DNA from: Thermodesulfobacteriota bacterium
GTDB lineage: Bacteria > Desulfobacterota_D > UBA1144 > Nemesobacterales > UBA2774
Assembly: GCA_965216785.1 (NCBI GenBank)
Contig: OZ244197.1
Coordinates: 2,016,001 to 2,080,000, forward strand
Direction of reading: 5' to 3'
Length of the DNA: 64,000 nucleotides
The notes under the pieces were generated by a model. It saw only the letters and a program-made list of their open reading frames with translations. It made no database searches and had not been told where the DNA came from. Shown here in pieces: positions 28,843 to 39,343 of this stretch. Both the position numbers and the translations under genes were made by a program. Numbering within the stretch: the stretch's first letter is position 1; each line of letters begins with the position of its first letter.

Positions 28843-28920
28843 GGAGCCGTAGTTCAGCACGGTTAGAACGCTGGCCTGTCAAGCCAGAGGTCGCGGGTTC
28901 AACTCCCGTCGGCTCCGCCA
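28843..28920 (+). tRNA. tRNA-Asp(GTC)
   Basis: GGAGCCG/CGGCTCC acceptor stem, CTGGC-CTGTCAA-GCCAG anticodon arm, CCA end. Confidence 0.97.
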
Positions 28921-28969
28921 CTTTTCTTTTCTAGGTATTTTCCGTATATTCATGGTTTAGGAGATTTAC

Positions 28970-29548
28970 ATGAAAATAATTATTCGGCTTTCTCTGGCAC
29001 TATCATTCTTTTTTAGTATAAATGCCCTCGCTCAACACCATGATGCGGAACAGACTGAGACGCATGATTCCACAGCTACAAAACATCATGCTCATTATCA
29101 TAAAAATCACTTCGCGATATTTACCGGCGGAACAACAGAGTTCGGAAGCGATAATGATACCCATTTCACTCTGGGTGCCGACTATGTGAGGCGGTTTACC
29201 GAAACGGGGTTCTTGGGTGTAGGTGTATTTGGTGAAATCGTATTTGCCGATCATACGAAATATCTGCTCGGACTACCTTTATATCTTTATCCGGCTAGAC
29301 ATTTGTGGGTGAGGGCTGGACCGGGTTTGGAAATATTTGAGGAAAGCAAATCTCATTCAGGATCACAATCTGCCGAGCGAAGCTCTAGTGGGAGCAAAGA
29401 AGAAACCATTACTAAATTTCTACTGCGCGCTGGAATAGGGTACGACTATGAGGTGAGAGGGTTTACAATAGGGCCGAGTGTCTCAGTTGATTTCATAGAA
29501 AGCGATACAATCCTGGTTTGGGGCGTAAATATTGGGAAGGGATTTTAG
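28970..29548 (+). CDS. Small outer-membrane beta-barrel with His-rich N-terminus
   Basis: Signal peptide, QHHD...KHHAHYH, alternating beta strands, C-terminal Phe. Confidence 0.7.
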   Translation: MKIIIRLSLALSFFFSINALAQHHDAEQTETHDSTATKHHAHYHKNHFAIFTGGTTEFGSDNDTHFTLGADYVRRFTETGFLGVGVFGEIVFADHTKYLLGLPLYLYPARHLWVRAGPGLEIFEESKSHSGSQSAERSSSGSKEETITKFLLRAGIGYDYEVRGFTIGPSVSVDFIESDTILVWGVNIGKGF

Positions 29549-29693
29549 ATTATAGTCAGTATTTGACTATCCCTCCTGATGTTTAACAGAAAAGAACCGT
29601 ATTCCCGATTGCACCATTATTCTTTGATATGGTAATTTTATAGACATATTGTAAAGGAGGCTTTCGCTTTCAATCTGAAAGCGGTATGGACCA

Positions 29694-30620
29694 ATGAAAA
29701 AACATCCTAAGAAAATAACTCTAGTTCTTGGTATTGTGATATTTTTACTTTGTTCAATCCCAGTATTCAGTATCACGTCCTTGGCTGATGATGAGGGCAG
29801 GAAACTTAAAATCTATACTGTGAATTATCCGCTGCAGTACTTCGCAAAGAGGGTTGGCGGGGATAACGTTGAAGTTTATTTCCCGGCGCCTTCAGATGTA
29901 GACCCCGCGTACTGGACTCCAGGCAGGGAAATAATCCAGGAATACCAAAGCGCGGATTTGATTCTTCTAAACGGGGCTGATTACGCGAAGTGGGTGAATA
30001 AGGTCACGCTGCCTAAATCAAAGCTTGTCGATACCTCACGCAGCTTCAAATCGGATTATATCGCTCTTAAAGAAACCGTTACCCATTCCCACGGGCCCGG
30101 CGGGGAGCACTCGCATACCGGAGTTGCCTTTACAACATGGCTCGATCCGCTTTTGGCGATTCAGCAGGCTGAGGCTGTTAAGCATGCGCTCACTGAGCTT
30201 ATGCCTGAGAAAAAAGAAATTCTGAAAAAGAATTTTGATTCCTTAAAAATGGACCTCGAAGAATTGAATAATAAACTTCAGAATATATTTTCAACTGATC
30301 CCAATAAACCCCTTCTGGCATCGCATCCTGTTTATCAATATCTGGCGAGGCGTTACGATCTGAACCTTAGAAGCCTGCACTGGGAGCCGGATCAAATTCC
30401 GGGGCCTGATGAGCACAGGCAGCTTGACGCTATTTTAGAGGGTTTTCCTTCAAAGTTGATGATATGGGAGGGGGAGCCAGAGGTAGAAGCACGGATATAT
30501 TTGTCAGAGAAGGGGATAGATTCAGCCGTATTCAGCCCCTGCTCCAATAAACCCGCAAAGGGCGGGTACCTTGAAGTTATGAAGGAGAACGCGTTAAACC
30601 TCGAGCAGGCGTACAGATAA
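29694..30620 (+). CDS. ZnuA/TroA-family metal-binding protein, atypical ligands
   Basis: YPLQYFAKRVGG, ADLILLNG, HSHGPGGEHSH loop, WLDP. Confidence 0.85.
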   Translation: MKKHPKKITLVLGIVIFLLCSIPVFSITSLADDEGRKLKIYTVNYPLQYFAKRVGGDNVEVYFPAPSDVDPAYWTPGREIIQEYQSADLILLNGADYAKWVNKVTLPKSKLVDTSRSFKSDYIALKETVTHSHGPGGEHSHTGVAFTTWLDPLLAIQQAEAVKHALTELMPEKKEILKKNFDSLKMDLEELNNKLQNIFSTDPNKPLLASHPVYQYLARRYDLNLRSLHWEPDQIPGPDEHRQLDAILEGFPSKLMIWEGEPEVEARIYLSEKGIDSAVFSPCSNKPAKGGYLEVMKENALNLEQAYR

Positions 30621-30641
30621 TTTCGTTTAAGCAAACAAGCT

Positions 30642-31214
30642 TTATCTTGCTGTAAAGAATTGAAATTTTTCGTTCAGATATTTCGTGTGGTCCTTGTTCT
30701 CAGCAAAAACCATGAATTCTCCAACGATGAAGAGGTAAAAAATTCTCCCTCGGACCTTAGCCTCTTTCTTTGAAAAGCCCATTTCAAGAAAAAGACTCTC
30801 TACATATAACAGCCTGTATTTGTCTACTCTGGCGACTGCTTTCTCGGGTATTTCATCAATGGCCGCCCATGCTCTGATATCCGATTCGTATCTGCCCGCT
30901 TCTTCTTTCAGCACTATGAACATTAAAGCTTTCAAACGTTCATCGGCCTTTACCGGCAGCGCTTTTACTCTATCTATGAGAATAGTCGTTAATTCCTCTT
31001 CCCAATACTGAACCAGGCATTTATAGAAATCTTTTCTGTCTTTAAAATGCCAGTAGAAGCTACCCTTCGTAACTCCTATGAACTCTGCGAGAGGCTCTAC
31101 ATTCAGTCCCCTTACACCATAATTCCTGAGCGCCTCAAGCCCATACTTAAGCCAGTCAAGCTTATTAAGCTTTTTATCCCCATTCCCGTTTGTTCTATCT
31201 TTTATTCTGCTCAT
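30642..31214 (-). CDS. TetR-family transcriptional regulator
   Basis: LAEFIGVTKGSFYWHFKDR. Confidence 0.92.
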   Translation of the reverse strand: MSRIKDRTNGNGDKKLNKLDWLKYGLEALRNYGVRGLNVEPLAEFIGVTKGSFYWHFKDRKDFYKCLVQYWEEELTTILIDRVKALPVKADERLKALMFIVLKEEAGRYESDIRAWAAIDEIPEKAVARVDKYRLLYVESLFLEMGFSKKEAKVRGRIFYLFIVGEFMVFAENKDHTKYLNEKFQFFTAR

Positions 31215-31289
31215 TCAAGGAAAAGATAACGGAAACTGGAATTTAATACCAATACAATTGATATATGTATATCTATAGCTGCATTCACC

Positions 31290-31335
31290 ATACACTAGCG
31301 TATTGACATTTTTGTCGCCCGGTATTAACATGTTA
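31290..31335 (+). promoter_or_regulatory. sigma70 promoter with an abutting candidate TetR operator
   Basis: ATAC-N6-GTAT (31290-31303) touching TTGACA (31303-31308)-17-TAACAT. Confidence 0.5.
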
Positions 31336-31419
31336 TTATAGTTAAACAATGCCAATATATTGTCAAGATGATTACTAGAGAAAAAAGATGATAATATATG
31401 ATAAAAGGAGGAGGGTTAG

Positions 31420-32427
31420 GTGATACAAAAGACATTGTTTAATACACTGCTATTTAGTACGCTTTTGGTAACTGCTTTTGTAGTTTCTTTTCTTTGCCCA
31501 CAAAGACTTTCAGCCGAGAGTCTAAGTTCCAGTACGGACGGTTCATATGCTTCCGGCATAAATCAGCCTGGTTATTATTCAAATATTCGTGCTGAAAGCG
31601 GGTTTTCGGACGAGGCTACATTAAACACATTATTCGTCAAAAATGATAATACGGCAGATTCAGATAATGCTTCTGTATTAAAAGGCGCCGGAGCGTCTGC
31701 CAAAGACTGGAGTTTTTCGTTCGCCCCCTATCTTTGGCTCGTGGGTATTGACGGGACCATGGGTGCTAATGGCCAGACCGCCGATATTGATATCTCTTTC
31801 GGCGATATATGGGACAACCTCGATTTCGCGTTCCAAGGGCATGCGGAAGTTATTTACAGAAACAAATACGGGTTTTTTGTAGATGGGACATATGTGAAGA
31901 TATCCACAAAGAACGTTAGAGGTCCATTAAATATTAAAGCAACTGTAAAGCTGAGCATGTGGGAGTTTGCGGGATTTTATAGATTTTTTGAGCAGCCCTC
32001 AGGGTTTAAGAACTCTAAGGGACAAACTAAACCTTCATTTTCCGCGGACGTATTAGGCGGCGGAAGGCTGATGTACATGGATAATACGATTAACTTCGGC
32101 GGCCGCGGGCCGGTAGGAGTATCGAACCAGGTTTCTGAGAGTGAAACATGGTTTGATTTTATGGTCGGCGCGAGAATAAAATGGCAGATGTTAAACAGGG
32201 TATTTTTTACTTCACGGACCGATATAGGCGGATTTGGTTTTGGATTCTCATCGGATTTCTCATGGAATTTTGTCGGCATGTTCGGTGTGGACGCGACCGA
32301 CTGGATGCAGATACTGCTAGGCTACAGGGTCTTCTATGACGATTACAGCAACGGGTCGGGGAATAACCGCTTCGTATACGATGCATGGATGACCGGGCCT
32401 ATGGTTGGTATTAATTTCTACTATTAA
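31420..32427 (+). CDS. Outer-membrane beta-barrel protein
   Basis: Signal peptide; WSFSFAPYLW, DIGGFG, LGYR, GPMVGINFYY aromatic C-terminus. Confidence 0.75.
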   Translation: MIQKTLFNTLLFSTLLVTAFVVSFLCPQRLSAESLSSSTDGSYASGINQPGYYSNIRAESGFSDEATLNTLFVKNDNTADSDNASVLKGAGASAKDWSFSFAPYLWLVGIDGTMGANGQTADIDISFGDIWDNLDFAFQGHAEVIYRNKYGFFVDGTYVKISTKNVRGPLNIKATVKLSMWEFAGFYRFFEQPSGFKNSKGQTKPSFSADVLGGGRLMYMDNTINFGGRGPVGVSNQVSESETWFDFMVGARIKWQMLNRVFFTSRTDIGGFGFGFSSDFSWNFVGMFGVDATDWMQILLGYRVFYDDYSNGSGNNRFVYDAWMTGPMVGINFYY

Positions 32428-32485
32428 AAGTTAGAACTGAAAGTATGGCTTGGTTTTAAATAATCTCATATGCGGAGGGCATATA

Positions 32486-33730
32486 ATGAGACATATAAAC
32501 AAACTCGGCGGATTGCTTTTTTTACTTATGATATCTGCAGGTATAGGAATTTACTCGGTTGATTACCTTGTGGATATGTCGGCGCCAATTGAAGCTTCGG
32601 CGCAAACTGAAAATTCACAGACACCCAAAGGCAGACAGCCTGTCGCGATAAAGAACGGCAAGTATCCTGCCAGCTATTTCCCGAATACCGAGCTGCTCGG
32701 TGCTGATGAGATGAGGATCACGGCTCTTGGCACGGGTATGCCGAACCAGGCCAAGAAGGCTGCGTCAATCTCATATCTCGTTGAGCTGGGTAATGGGGAC
32801 GTGTTTTTATTCGACATAGGTCTGGGCTCGATGTCAAACCTGTTCGCGCTGCGGCCCGACTTCTCGAAGATCGATAAGGTGTTCGCCAGCCACTTGCACG
32901 TGGACCACGTGGGCGATTTCATGGGTCTTCATATAGGCGGCTGGCTTTCGGGGCGCTATACGCCGATACACATTTACGGGCCCACCGGTTCCACCCCGGA
33001 ACTTGGTACCAAGACGTTCGTTGAGGGCATGCAGAAGGGTTACGCTTGGGACCTTGCCACCCGTACCGGTGCGCTGCCTGATCAGGGCGCGCAGATCGTT
33101 GTGCACGAGTTTGACTATATGCAGCAAAATGAGATCGTCTACCAGGACAACGGTGTAACGATCAGGTCCTGGCCTGCAATTCACAGCCTGGACGGCTCGG
33201 TGAGCTACAGCCTCGAATGGAACGGGCTCAAGTACGTATTCGGCGGCGATACCTACCCAAACAAATGGTATATAGAATACGCAAAGAACGCGGATGTGGC
33301 CTCGCACGAGTGCTTCCTTCCGCCCGAGGCCCTGGCTGAGTACTTTGGCTGGGACTTGGCCCAGGCGACTTATGTGTCGACGAGAGTGCACACCGAACCC
33401 CAGGCTTTTGGGAAGGTTATGTCCACGATCAAGCCCAGGCACGCCATTGGCTACCACTCGGTGCAATCGCCAGAGAACAACGCCGCGATCATAGATGAAG
33501 TCCGAAAGACCTATGACGGTCCGCTGTCTTTAGCGCGCGACCTGATGGTAATAAATGTCACTAAGGATAATATCGTGGAGCGTATGGCCGTGGTCGATGA
33601 ATATGTTCTCCCGCCCGATGTGACAAAGCAGTACATCGACGCACCCCGCACGGATCAGAAGCACCCGTCAGAGAAAGTTGAAAGCGGCAAGTGGAAAGGG
33701 TATACGCCTCCGCCGATGCCGGAGAGATAG
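32486..33730 (+). CDS. Exported MBL-fold hydrolase, RNase Z/AtsA/GntH-like (paralog 1)
   Basis: YFPNTE, LGTGMP, FDIG, SHLHVDH, GGDT, HEC, HT; N-terminal TM/signal. Confidence 0.88.
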   Translation: MRHINKLGGLLFLLMISAGIGIYSVDYLVDMSAPIEASAQTENSQTPKGRQPVAIKNGKYPASYFPNTELLGADEMRITALGTGMPNQAKKAASISYLVELGNGDVFLFDIGLGSMSNLFALRPDFSKIDKVFASHLHVDHVGDFMGLHIGGWLSGRYTPIHIYGPTGSTPELGTKTFVEGMQKGYAWDLATRTGALPDQGAQIVVHEFDYMQQNEIVYQDNGVTIRSWPAIHSLDGSVSYSLEWNGLKYVFGGDTYPNKWYIEYAKNADVASHECFLPPEALAEYFGWDLAQATYVSTRVHTEPQAFGKVMSTIKPRHAIGYHSVQSPENNAAIIDEVRKTYDGPLSLARDLMVINVTKDNIVERMAVVDEYVLPPDVTKQYIDAPRTDQKHPSEKVESGKWKGYTPPPMPER

Positions 33731-33857
33731 CTGTAGTGCAGATATTTATGAGTTCTGGTATAAATAAAAATATCGTATGGGCTTGATTGTACCTTGCACG
33801 ATTGGGATTTTATTATTTAGGGCATCTTTCGCCACATTGTTGTAGAGAAGAGAAATA

Positions 33858-35006
33858 ATGATCCCTAGAATACAAATTATGCTCGTGATTGTTTTGTTCT
33901 TAATCTCGGGTATTGCTGTAGCCCAAAACACTGAGAAGCGGTTACCTACATATTTCCCGAACACCGAAGAGCTAAGGCCGGATGAGATGCGCATCACTGC
34001 GCTCGGCACAGGACTCCCGACACCAACCACTCGGGCCCAGAAATCAACAGGCTTCATGGTTGAGTTAGGTAACGGCGATGTATTCCTGTTCGATATCGGG
34101 TCGGGTACGATGGAAAATATTTTCGGGCTGCGCCCTGACTTTTCGAAGATGGACAAGATTTTCCTAAGTCACCTGCATTCCGATCATTTCGGTGATTTGG
34201 ACGCCTTCATTGTCGGAAGTTGGTTAAGCGGGCGCTATACGCCGCTTCACGTGTACGGGGGTTCGGGGGAAACGCCCGAACTGGGTACCAAGGCAGCCGT
34301 AGAGGCTCTGGTAAAGGCCCTTGCTTGGGACATTAAGGGCCGCACCGGATTACTGCCCGATGCCGGCGGTAAAGTCATTGCTCACGAGTTTGACTACAAA
34401 GAGGAAGACCAGGTGGTCTATGAAAAGAACGGTGTCAGGATTACGAGCTGGCCGGCCATTCATAGCCTGGACGGCTCAGTGAGTTACCGATTGGAATGGA
34501 ATGATCTCAGCTTCGTGTTTGGAGGCGATACCCGGCCGAACAAATGGTTCATAGAATACGCCAAGGGAGCTGACTTTGCGATACACGAGTGTTTTCCTAC
34601 GCCCGAAGGGTTAGCGGCATTCAACGATTGGGAAATACGCCCGGCTACATTCGTCTCGTCGTACATCCACACACCGCCGCAGGGCTTTGGTAAGGTCATG
34701 TCAGAAATCGAGCCGCGTATGGCTGTGGCCTTTCACACGGTGCTGCTGCCGGATATTCAGCAGGGGATGCTCGAAGGAATACGCGAGACTTACAATGGCC
34801 CTCTGACCATAGCCACAGACCTTATGGTCTGGAATGTAACTAAAGACACTATCACCACAAGAGAAGCCGTCTTCCCTGACCGTGTCACACCGCCGTCAAC
34901 CACACAGGCCTATCATACAGCGCCTAGAAGCGGCGAGGCCAAGATGTCCGAGTACATAATGGAAGGGGTCTGGAAGGGGTTTACGCCGCCTCCGTTGCCT
35001 GAATGA
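33858..35006 (+). CDS. Exported MBL-fold hydrolase, RNase Z/AtsA/GntH-like (paralog 2)
   Basis: SHLHSDH, GGDT, HEC, HT; signal peptide ending AVA. Confidence 0.88.
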   Translation: MIPRIQIMLVIVLFLISGIAVAQNTEKRLPTYFPNTEELRPDEMRITALGTGLPTPTTRAQKSTGFMVELGNGDVFLFDIGSGTMENIFGLRPDFSKMDKIFLSHLHSDHFGDLDAFIVGSWLSGRYTPLHVYGGSGETPELGTKAAVEALVKALAWDIKGRTGLLPDAGGKVIAHEFDYKEEDQVVYEKNGVRITSWPAIHSLDGSVSYRLEWNDLSFVFGGDTRPNKWFIEYAKGADFAIHECFPTPEGLAAFNDWEIRPATFVSSYIHTPPQGFGKVMSEIEPRMAVAFHTVLLPDIQQGMLEGIRETYNGPLTIATDLMVWNVTKDTITTREAVFPDRVTPPSTTQAYHTAPRSGEAKMSEYIMEGVWKGFTPPPLPE

Positions 35007-35143
35007 TTAGGAGCTGAACGATGAATCATTGAACTGGCTCCGGAACGAAAGACTGAATAGATGACAGCTTAAACATGTGCTGATATGGTAATGTAATTGA
35101 TAGTCCAAAATGTTTGGTCGCACGATAAAGGAATAAACAGCTT

Positions 35144-35941
35144 ATGAGAATCTTATACGCATTAATACTCCTGGCACTCTGTTTCACATTTAACCGGATT
35201 AGCTATGCGCAAACCGAGGAAGATCTTGCCAAAAAGACACAAAACCCGATAGCGGATTTGATCAGCATACCATTTCAGAACAACTTTGATTTTAATATGG
35301 GCCCGCACGACAGAACACGCTATACGTTAAACATACAGCCTGTTATCCCATTTCATATAACTGAGAACTGGAACCTTGTTACCAGAACAATCGCACCTGT
35401 AAAATATCAGCCTGACGTCACTGAAAACAGCGGCGGGGAATTTGGTCTTGGAGACATAAACACCTCTTGGTGGTTATCCCCATCCAAACCGGGCAAAGTA
35501 GTCTGGGGCATAGGGCCGATCCTTCAATTCCCTTCAGCGACGGATGATTCACTCGGTACAGGTAAATGGGCAGCCGGGCCTTCTTTAGTAGCTCTTGTCA
35601 CACCGGGCAAATGGGTAGTAGGTTTTCTGGCAAACAATATTTGGTCGTTTGCCGGGGACTCGGATAGAGACGATGTAAACTTCTTCACATTTCAATATTT
35701 TGTAAATTACAACCTACCTAAAGGCTGGTACCTTGTATCGGCACCAATCAATACCGCGGACTGGGAAGCTGATAGCAGCGATCGGTGGACCGTGCCTCTC
35801 GGAGGAGGCGCCGGTAAGGTAGTAAAACTCGGCAAGCTGCCTATTAATCTGCAGTCTCAGGCGTTTTATAATGTGGAACACCCACAGTTCGGGCCTGAGT
35901 GGCAGCTGAGAGTTCAATTTCAGCTCCTGTTCCCGAGGTAG
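35144..35941 (+). CDS. Outer-membrane beta-barrel channel (SphA/COG4313-like)
   Basis: LAKKTQNPIADLISIPFQ, NIQPVIP, GLGDI, LGTGKW, WTVPLG, QLLFP. Confidence 0.75.
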   Translation: MRILYALILLALCFTFNRISYAQTEEDLAKKTQNPIADLISIPFQNNFDFNMGPHDRTRYTLNIQPVIPFHITENWNLVTRTIAPVKYQPDVTENSGGEFGLGDINTSWWLSPSKPGKVVWGIGPILQFPSATDDSLGTGKWAAGPSLVALVTPGKWVVGFLANNIWSFAGDSDRDDVNFFTFQYFVNYNLPKGWYLVSAPINTADWEADSSDRWTVPLGGGAGKVVKLGKLPINLQSQAFYNVEHPQFGPEWQLRVQFQLLFPR

Positions 35942-36015
35942 TGGGGTATGAAGAACGAGATTGATAAGCTCGTTCTCCGGGCTTATCAATCTCGGAAATT
36001 CTGTGTTTTTATTCT

Positions 36016-37335
36016 TTATTCCTTTTTCTCTTCTACCATGCCCGTATAGGCAGGGAAAACATTTGTGCCGTTTTCCTTATTAAACCTTTCAATCATCTGG
36101 TTAGTTACCTTAGCGGCAGGTACATCAATGCTCTCTCTATCGAAAGAACTAAACGGGAACTCGGCTGCTGAGTCAGGCGGCTGTTTTACCATCTGAACCG
36201 GAGCCGGGAAGGTTTCATGATTCGGTACACCCATTCTCGTGCGGACACCATCTTTGGTAACGTTCCAGGTCATAAAGTCAGTCGCAAGATCAAGAGGGCC
36301 TGAATACGTTTCACGAATAGCCGAGTGAACGGCAAGCGCTGTATCAAAATCGTTCTGGAAGTGATAGCATACAGCTTTTACAGGCTTTGTCTGCTCCATA
36401 ATTTTGCCAAACGCCTGTGCCGCGGTGTGCCCCTGGGTACCGACAAACACTGCTTCTCCCGGTGTGAAACCGTAGCGCGCCATCATCATTTCAGGCGGGA
36501 TGAAACATTCATGAATGGCAAGATCAACGCCTTTGGCGTGCTCTGCCCACCATCTTGTCGGAAGCGTGTCGCTTGAAAACGCGAAAGTAAGACCGTTCCA
36601 CTCAAGTATGAAGCTAACTGACTGCTCGCCATGGATCGCGGGCAGTGTCCTTACCTGAACGCCGTTTTCGTCAAAGATAACATTGTTCACAGCTTTCCAG
36701 TCAAACTCGTTAACTTCAAGTTTTAGACCCCTTGGGTCAACAGCGGCTCCCCTGGTGGCCGCTTCCCATGCCCACATCTTAACCATATAGTCAGCCCATG
36801 CTTTTGTGCCCCACTCGGGCTTTACGCCGTTAGGTCCCCACAGACGCACTGGGGTAAGACGGTTGTTCACAGGACCGGTGAAATAAAAAGCCGGGAAATC
36901 CCCCGCGTGGTCCAGATGAAGGTGGCCGAGAAAAACTTTGTTGAGCTGGTCGAGCGGAATGCCGAGTGCCATGAGTCTTTCGTATGACCCCTCTCCCATA
37001 TCAAAGATAAATTTCTCACCGTTTCCAAGCTCGACGAGGTAGCAGGCCGCAGCCTGTTTCAGACGGGGCTGAGGCATCCCTGTGCCGCATGCTATAACAC
37101 GCATCTCATCAGGTCCAAGCTCTTCAGTGCCCGGGTAATACGCCTCATGCTGAGGGTAGGGTTTCGTAGGTGACCATTTCTTAGGCCCTTTCTGCTCGGC
37201 TACAGCCTCTTGGCTATCGAGCGCCGAAATTGTGCTTTTAGCGGCGTCTCCGACATTTATATATCCCTTACCAACTACAAAGCCAAAAGCCGCTATTATT
37301 AAAGCAGCAAAAACTAATGATAAATATACTCTCAT
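36016..37335 (-). CDS. Exported MBL-fold hydrolase, RNase Z/AtsA/GntH-like (paralog 3)
   Basis: YYPGTEELGPDEMR, GHLHLDH, SSDT, HEC, HT; N-terminal TM/signal. Confidence 0.88.
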   Translation of the reverse strand: MRVYLSLVFAALIIAAFGFVVGKGYINVGDAAKSTISALDSQEAVAEQKGPKKWSPTKPYPQHEAYYPGTEELGPDEMRVIACGTGMPQPRLKQAAACYLVELGNGEKFIFDMGEGSYERLMALGIPLDQLNKVFLGHLHLDHAGDFPAFYFTGPVNNRLTPVRLWGPNGVKPEWGTKAWADYMVKMWAWEAATRGAAVDPRGLKLEVNEFDWKAVNNVIFDENGVQVRTLPAIHGEQSVSFILEWNGLTFAFSSDTLPTRWWAEHAKGVDLAIHECFIPPEMMMARYGFTPGEAVFVGTQGHTAAQAFGKIMEQTKPVKAVCYHFQNDFDTALAVHSAIRETYSGPLDLATDFMTWNVTKDGVRTRMGVPNHETFPAPVQMVKQPPDSAAEFPFSSFDRESIDVPAAKVTNQMIERFNKENGTNVFPAYTGMVEEKKE

Positions 37336-37579
37336 AGTTCCCTCCTAAGGTCTTTTGTTACACTAAATCCAATCTTATCTTAACAAATCCGAGACTCTGT
37401 ATACATCAAAAAACGGCAAATATGCTTTTATAAAGATAATTTCGAAGCGGATGAATTATTATTTGTATATACTATAAACGTTGTGTACGGGTAACCAGAC
37501 CGGACATATATAGATATTATAATAACATAAATAAGCGCATATGATTAACACTGGGTAGTATATATAAATAATTTGACCT

Positions 37580-39343
37580 ATGAACAGTAATAATATAAAG
37601 CTTACCGCAATTTTAATCATCTTGATTTCATTTGCTGAAATTGCCGGTGCGGACTATATAAACTTCACGGGCGCCGAGCTTAGCTCGACGATTGCCGAAT
37701 TCTACATTGAAGACGATAAAATAGTACTCGTTCTCGAGATAGGGGAAAGAGACGAGGAGGCTTTTTCGGACCTGATTTCAGAGGCTGGTGAAAGCACCCC
37801 TGGCGAAGTACAAAAGCTGAGAAAACGCTTCTTTAAAGAGGGGCTTGTAATTAAGGCTGACGGGGCTCCGCTCGTAGGAGAGGTAAGGGTAGGGGAAGTG
37901 AGGGAAAGGATACAAAGGCCCTCTAGGTTCAATAAACCTCCCGGAGGTCAAAAGCCAAGCCAGTATGTAAATTATGTTGAGATTGAATATCCGTTTAAGC
38001 AACAACCCGAGACAGTAGAGTTTATACCTCCTTTGGACGAAAACGGGTATGCCGACGCTAGCATAGGTTATGTGGTCTACCATAAATCGATCCCGGTGAT
38101 TGATTTCCGTTTCCTCGTCCCGGGCGCCGAGCTGAACCTTAACTGGGAAGACCCCTGGTATTCCAAGTTTGATAACCCGAACCTTAAACGCCACCACAGC
38201 TCTTCACTGATGTCCTTTTTATACATAGAGCCCTTTGAAGTGCGTCATGAAATTCTAGTAAGGCTTAAGGACATGGAAGAGTGGATCGATTTTGATTTTG
38301 AGAATGATGATATGCTCGGCGCTGAACAAAAGAGTGTAATAGAAGAGAAGCTGACTCAATACTTCCTTACCCATAACACTGTGGAAATAGACGGGGATGA
38401 AGTAAAACCCATATTAGACCGGGTGAAGTTTGTACGAGCAAACCTGACCGGGATTCAGTACCTTGAAGACTCGGAGGAAATTGAATACCTCTCGGCTATC
38501 GTAGGGATAATACTCGCATACCCTGTTGAAGGGATGCCTAAACAGGTGACTGTAGATTGGGATATGTTTAGTGATAATATTCAGAGCGTCCCGGCCAGAA
38601 TGGTAGACCCCGCGGGGCCGTTCCCATACTTTCTGTCTCCTGACGACAACGTACTTACGTGGAATAATTATCTTAAGAACTTCAGCATGCCCGAGATTTC
38701 GGAGCTCAGCGTAGAGGACTCGGCAAACAACGTGAGCCTTCCTCTCGGAACACTTGCTTCCCTTATTGTCTTCATAGGGGTTGCCTGGCAGATAAGGGTA
38801 CGTAATGGTAAAAGAGAAAAACCTCGGGTTCTCTACGCTATAGCCGTTATCGCGCTGATTGCCGGAGCTTTGTTATTCCCGTACCTGAGGGTCTCGATAA
38901 CGGAGAAGGTGCCTACTAAGCTTGTGCTCAATGAGGAGCAATCGGCGTTCATTCTCCAGAACCTGCTGAAAAATGTTTACAGGGCCTTTGATTTCAAGAA
39001 CGAAGAGGACATTTACGACAAGCTCGCGCTTAGCCTGGACGGCGATCTTTTGAGCGAGGTGTATCTGGATACAAAAAAGAGTATGGAGATAGAGCAGCAG
39101 GGCGGCGCAAGGGCGAAGGTGGTGGACATCGAGCTGTCGGACGTTCAGAGTGAGCCGCTTGAAGGAGAATTCGGGCTTAAGTATCATAGCACGTGGAGAG
39201 TCTCGGGCAGTGTCGAGCACTGGGGGCACAAGCACAATAGAATCAATCAATACGAGGCGGAAATTACCGTAAAGCCTGTGGACGGCGCCTGGAAAATTAC
39301 CGACATAGACCTGATTGAAGAAAAACGGGTTCAGCCGATATGA
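37580..39343 (+). CDS. Large uncharacterised exported/membrane protein
   Basis: Signal peptide, two TM helices near residue 390-440, C-terminal VEHWGHKHNRIN; overlaps the ABC ATPase start. Confidence 0.8.
   Translation: MNSNNIKLTAILIILISFAEIAGADYINFTGAELSSTIAEFYIEDDKIVLVLEIGERDEEAFSDLISEAGESTPGEVQKLRKRFFKEGLVIKADGAPLVGEVRVGEVRERIQRPSRFNKPPGGQKPSQYVNYVEIEYPFKQQPETVEFIPPLDENGYADASIGYVVYHKSIPVIDFRFLVPGAELNLNWEDPWYSKFDNPNLKRHHSSSLMSFLYIEPFEVRHEILVRLKDMEEWIDFDFENDDMLGAEQKSVIEEKLTQYFLTHNTVEIDGDEVKPILDRVKFVRANLTGIQYLEDSEEIEYLSAIVGIILAYPVEGMPKQVTVDWDMFSDNIQSVPARMVDPAGPFPYFLSPDDNVLTWNNYLKNFSMPEISELSVEDSANNVSLPLGTLASLIVFIGVAWQIRVRNGKREKPRVLYAIAVIALIAGALLFPYLRVSITEKVPTKLVLNEEQSAFILQNLLKNVYRAFDFKNEEDIYDKLALSLDGDLLSEVYLDTKKSMEIEQQGGARAKVVDIELSDVQSEPLEGEFGLKYHSTWRVSGSVEHWGHKHNRINQYEAEITVKPVDGAWKITDIDLIEEKRVQPI

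Noticed and set aside
32486-37335. Guanitoxin biosynthesis cluster, or housekeeping RNase Z
   Set aside because: No other gnt-type genes are present, and the export signals argue against tRNA processing.
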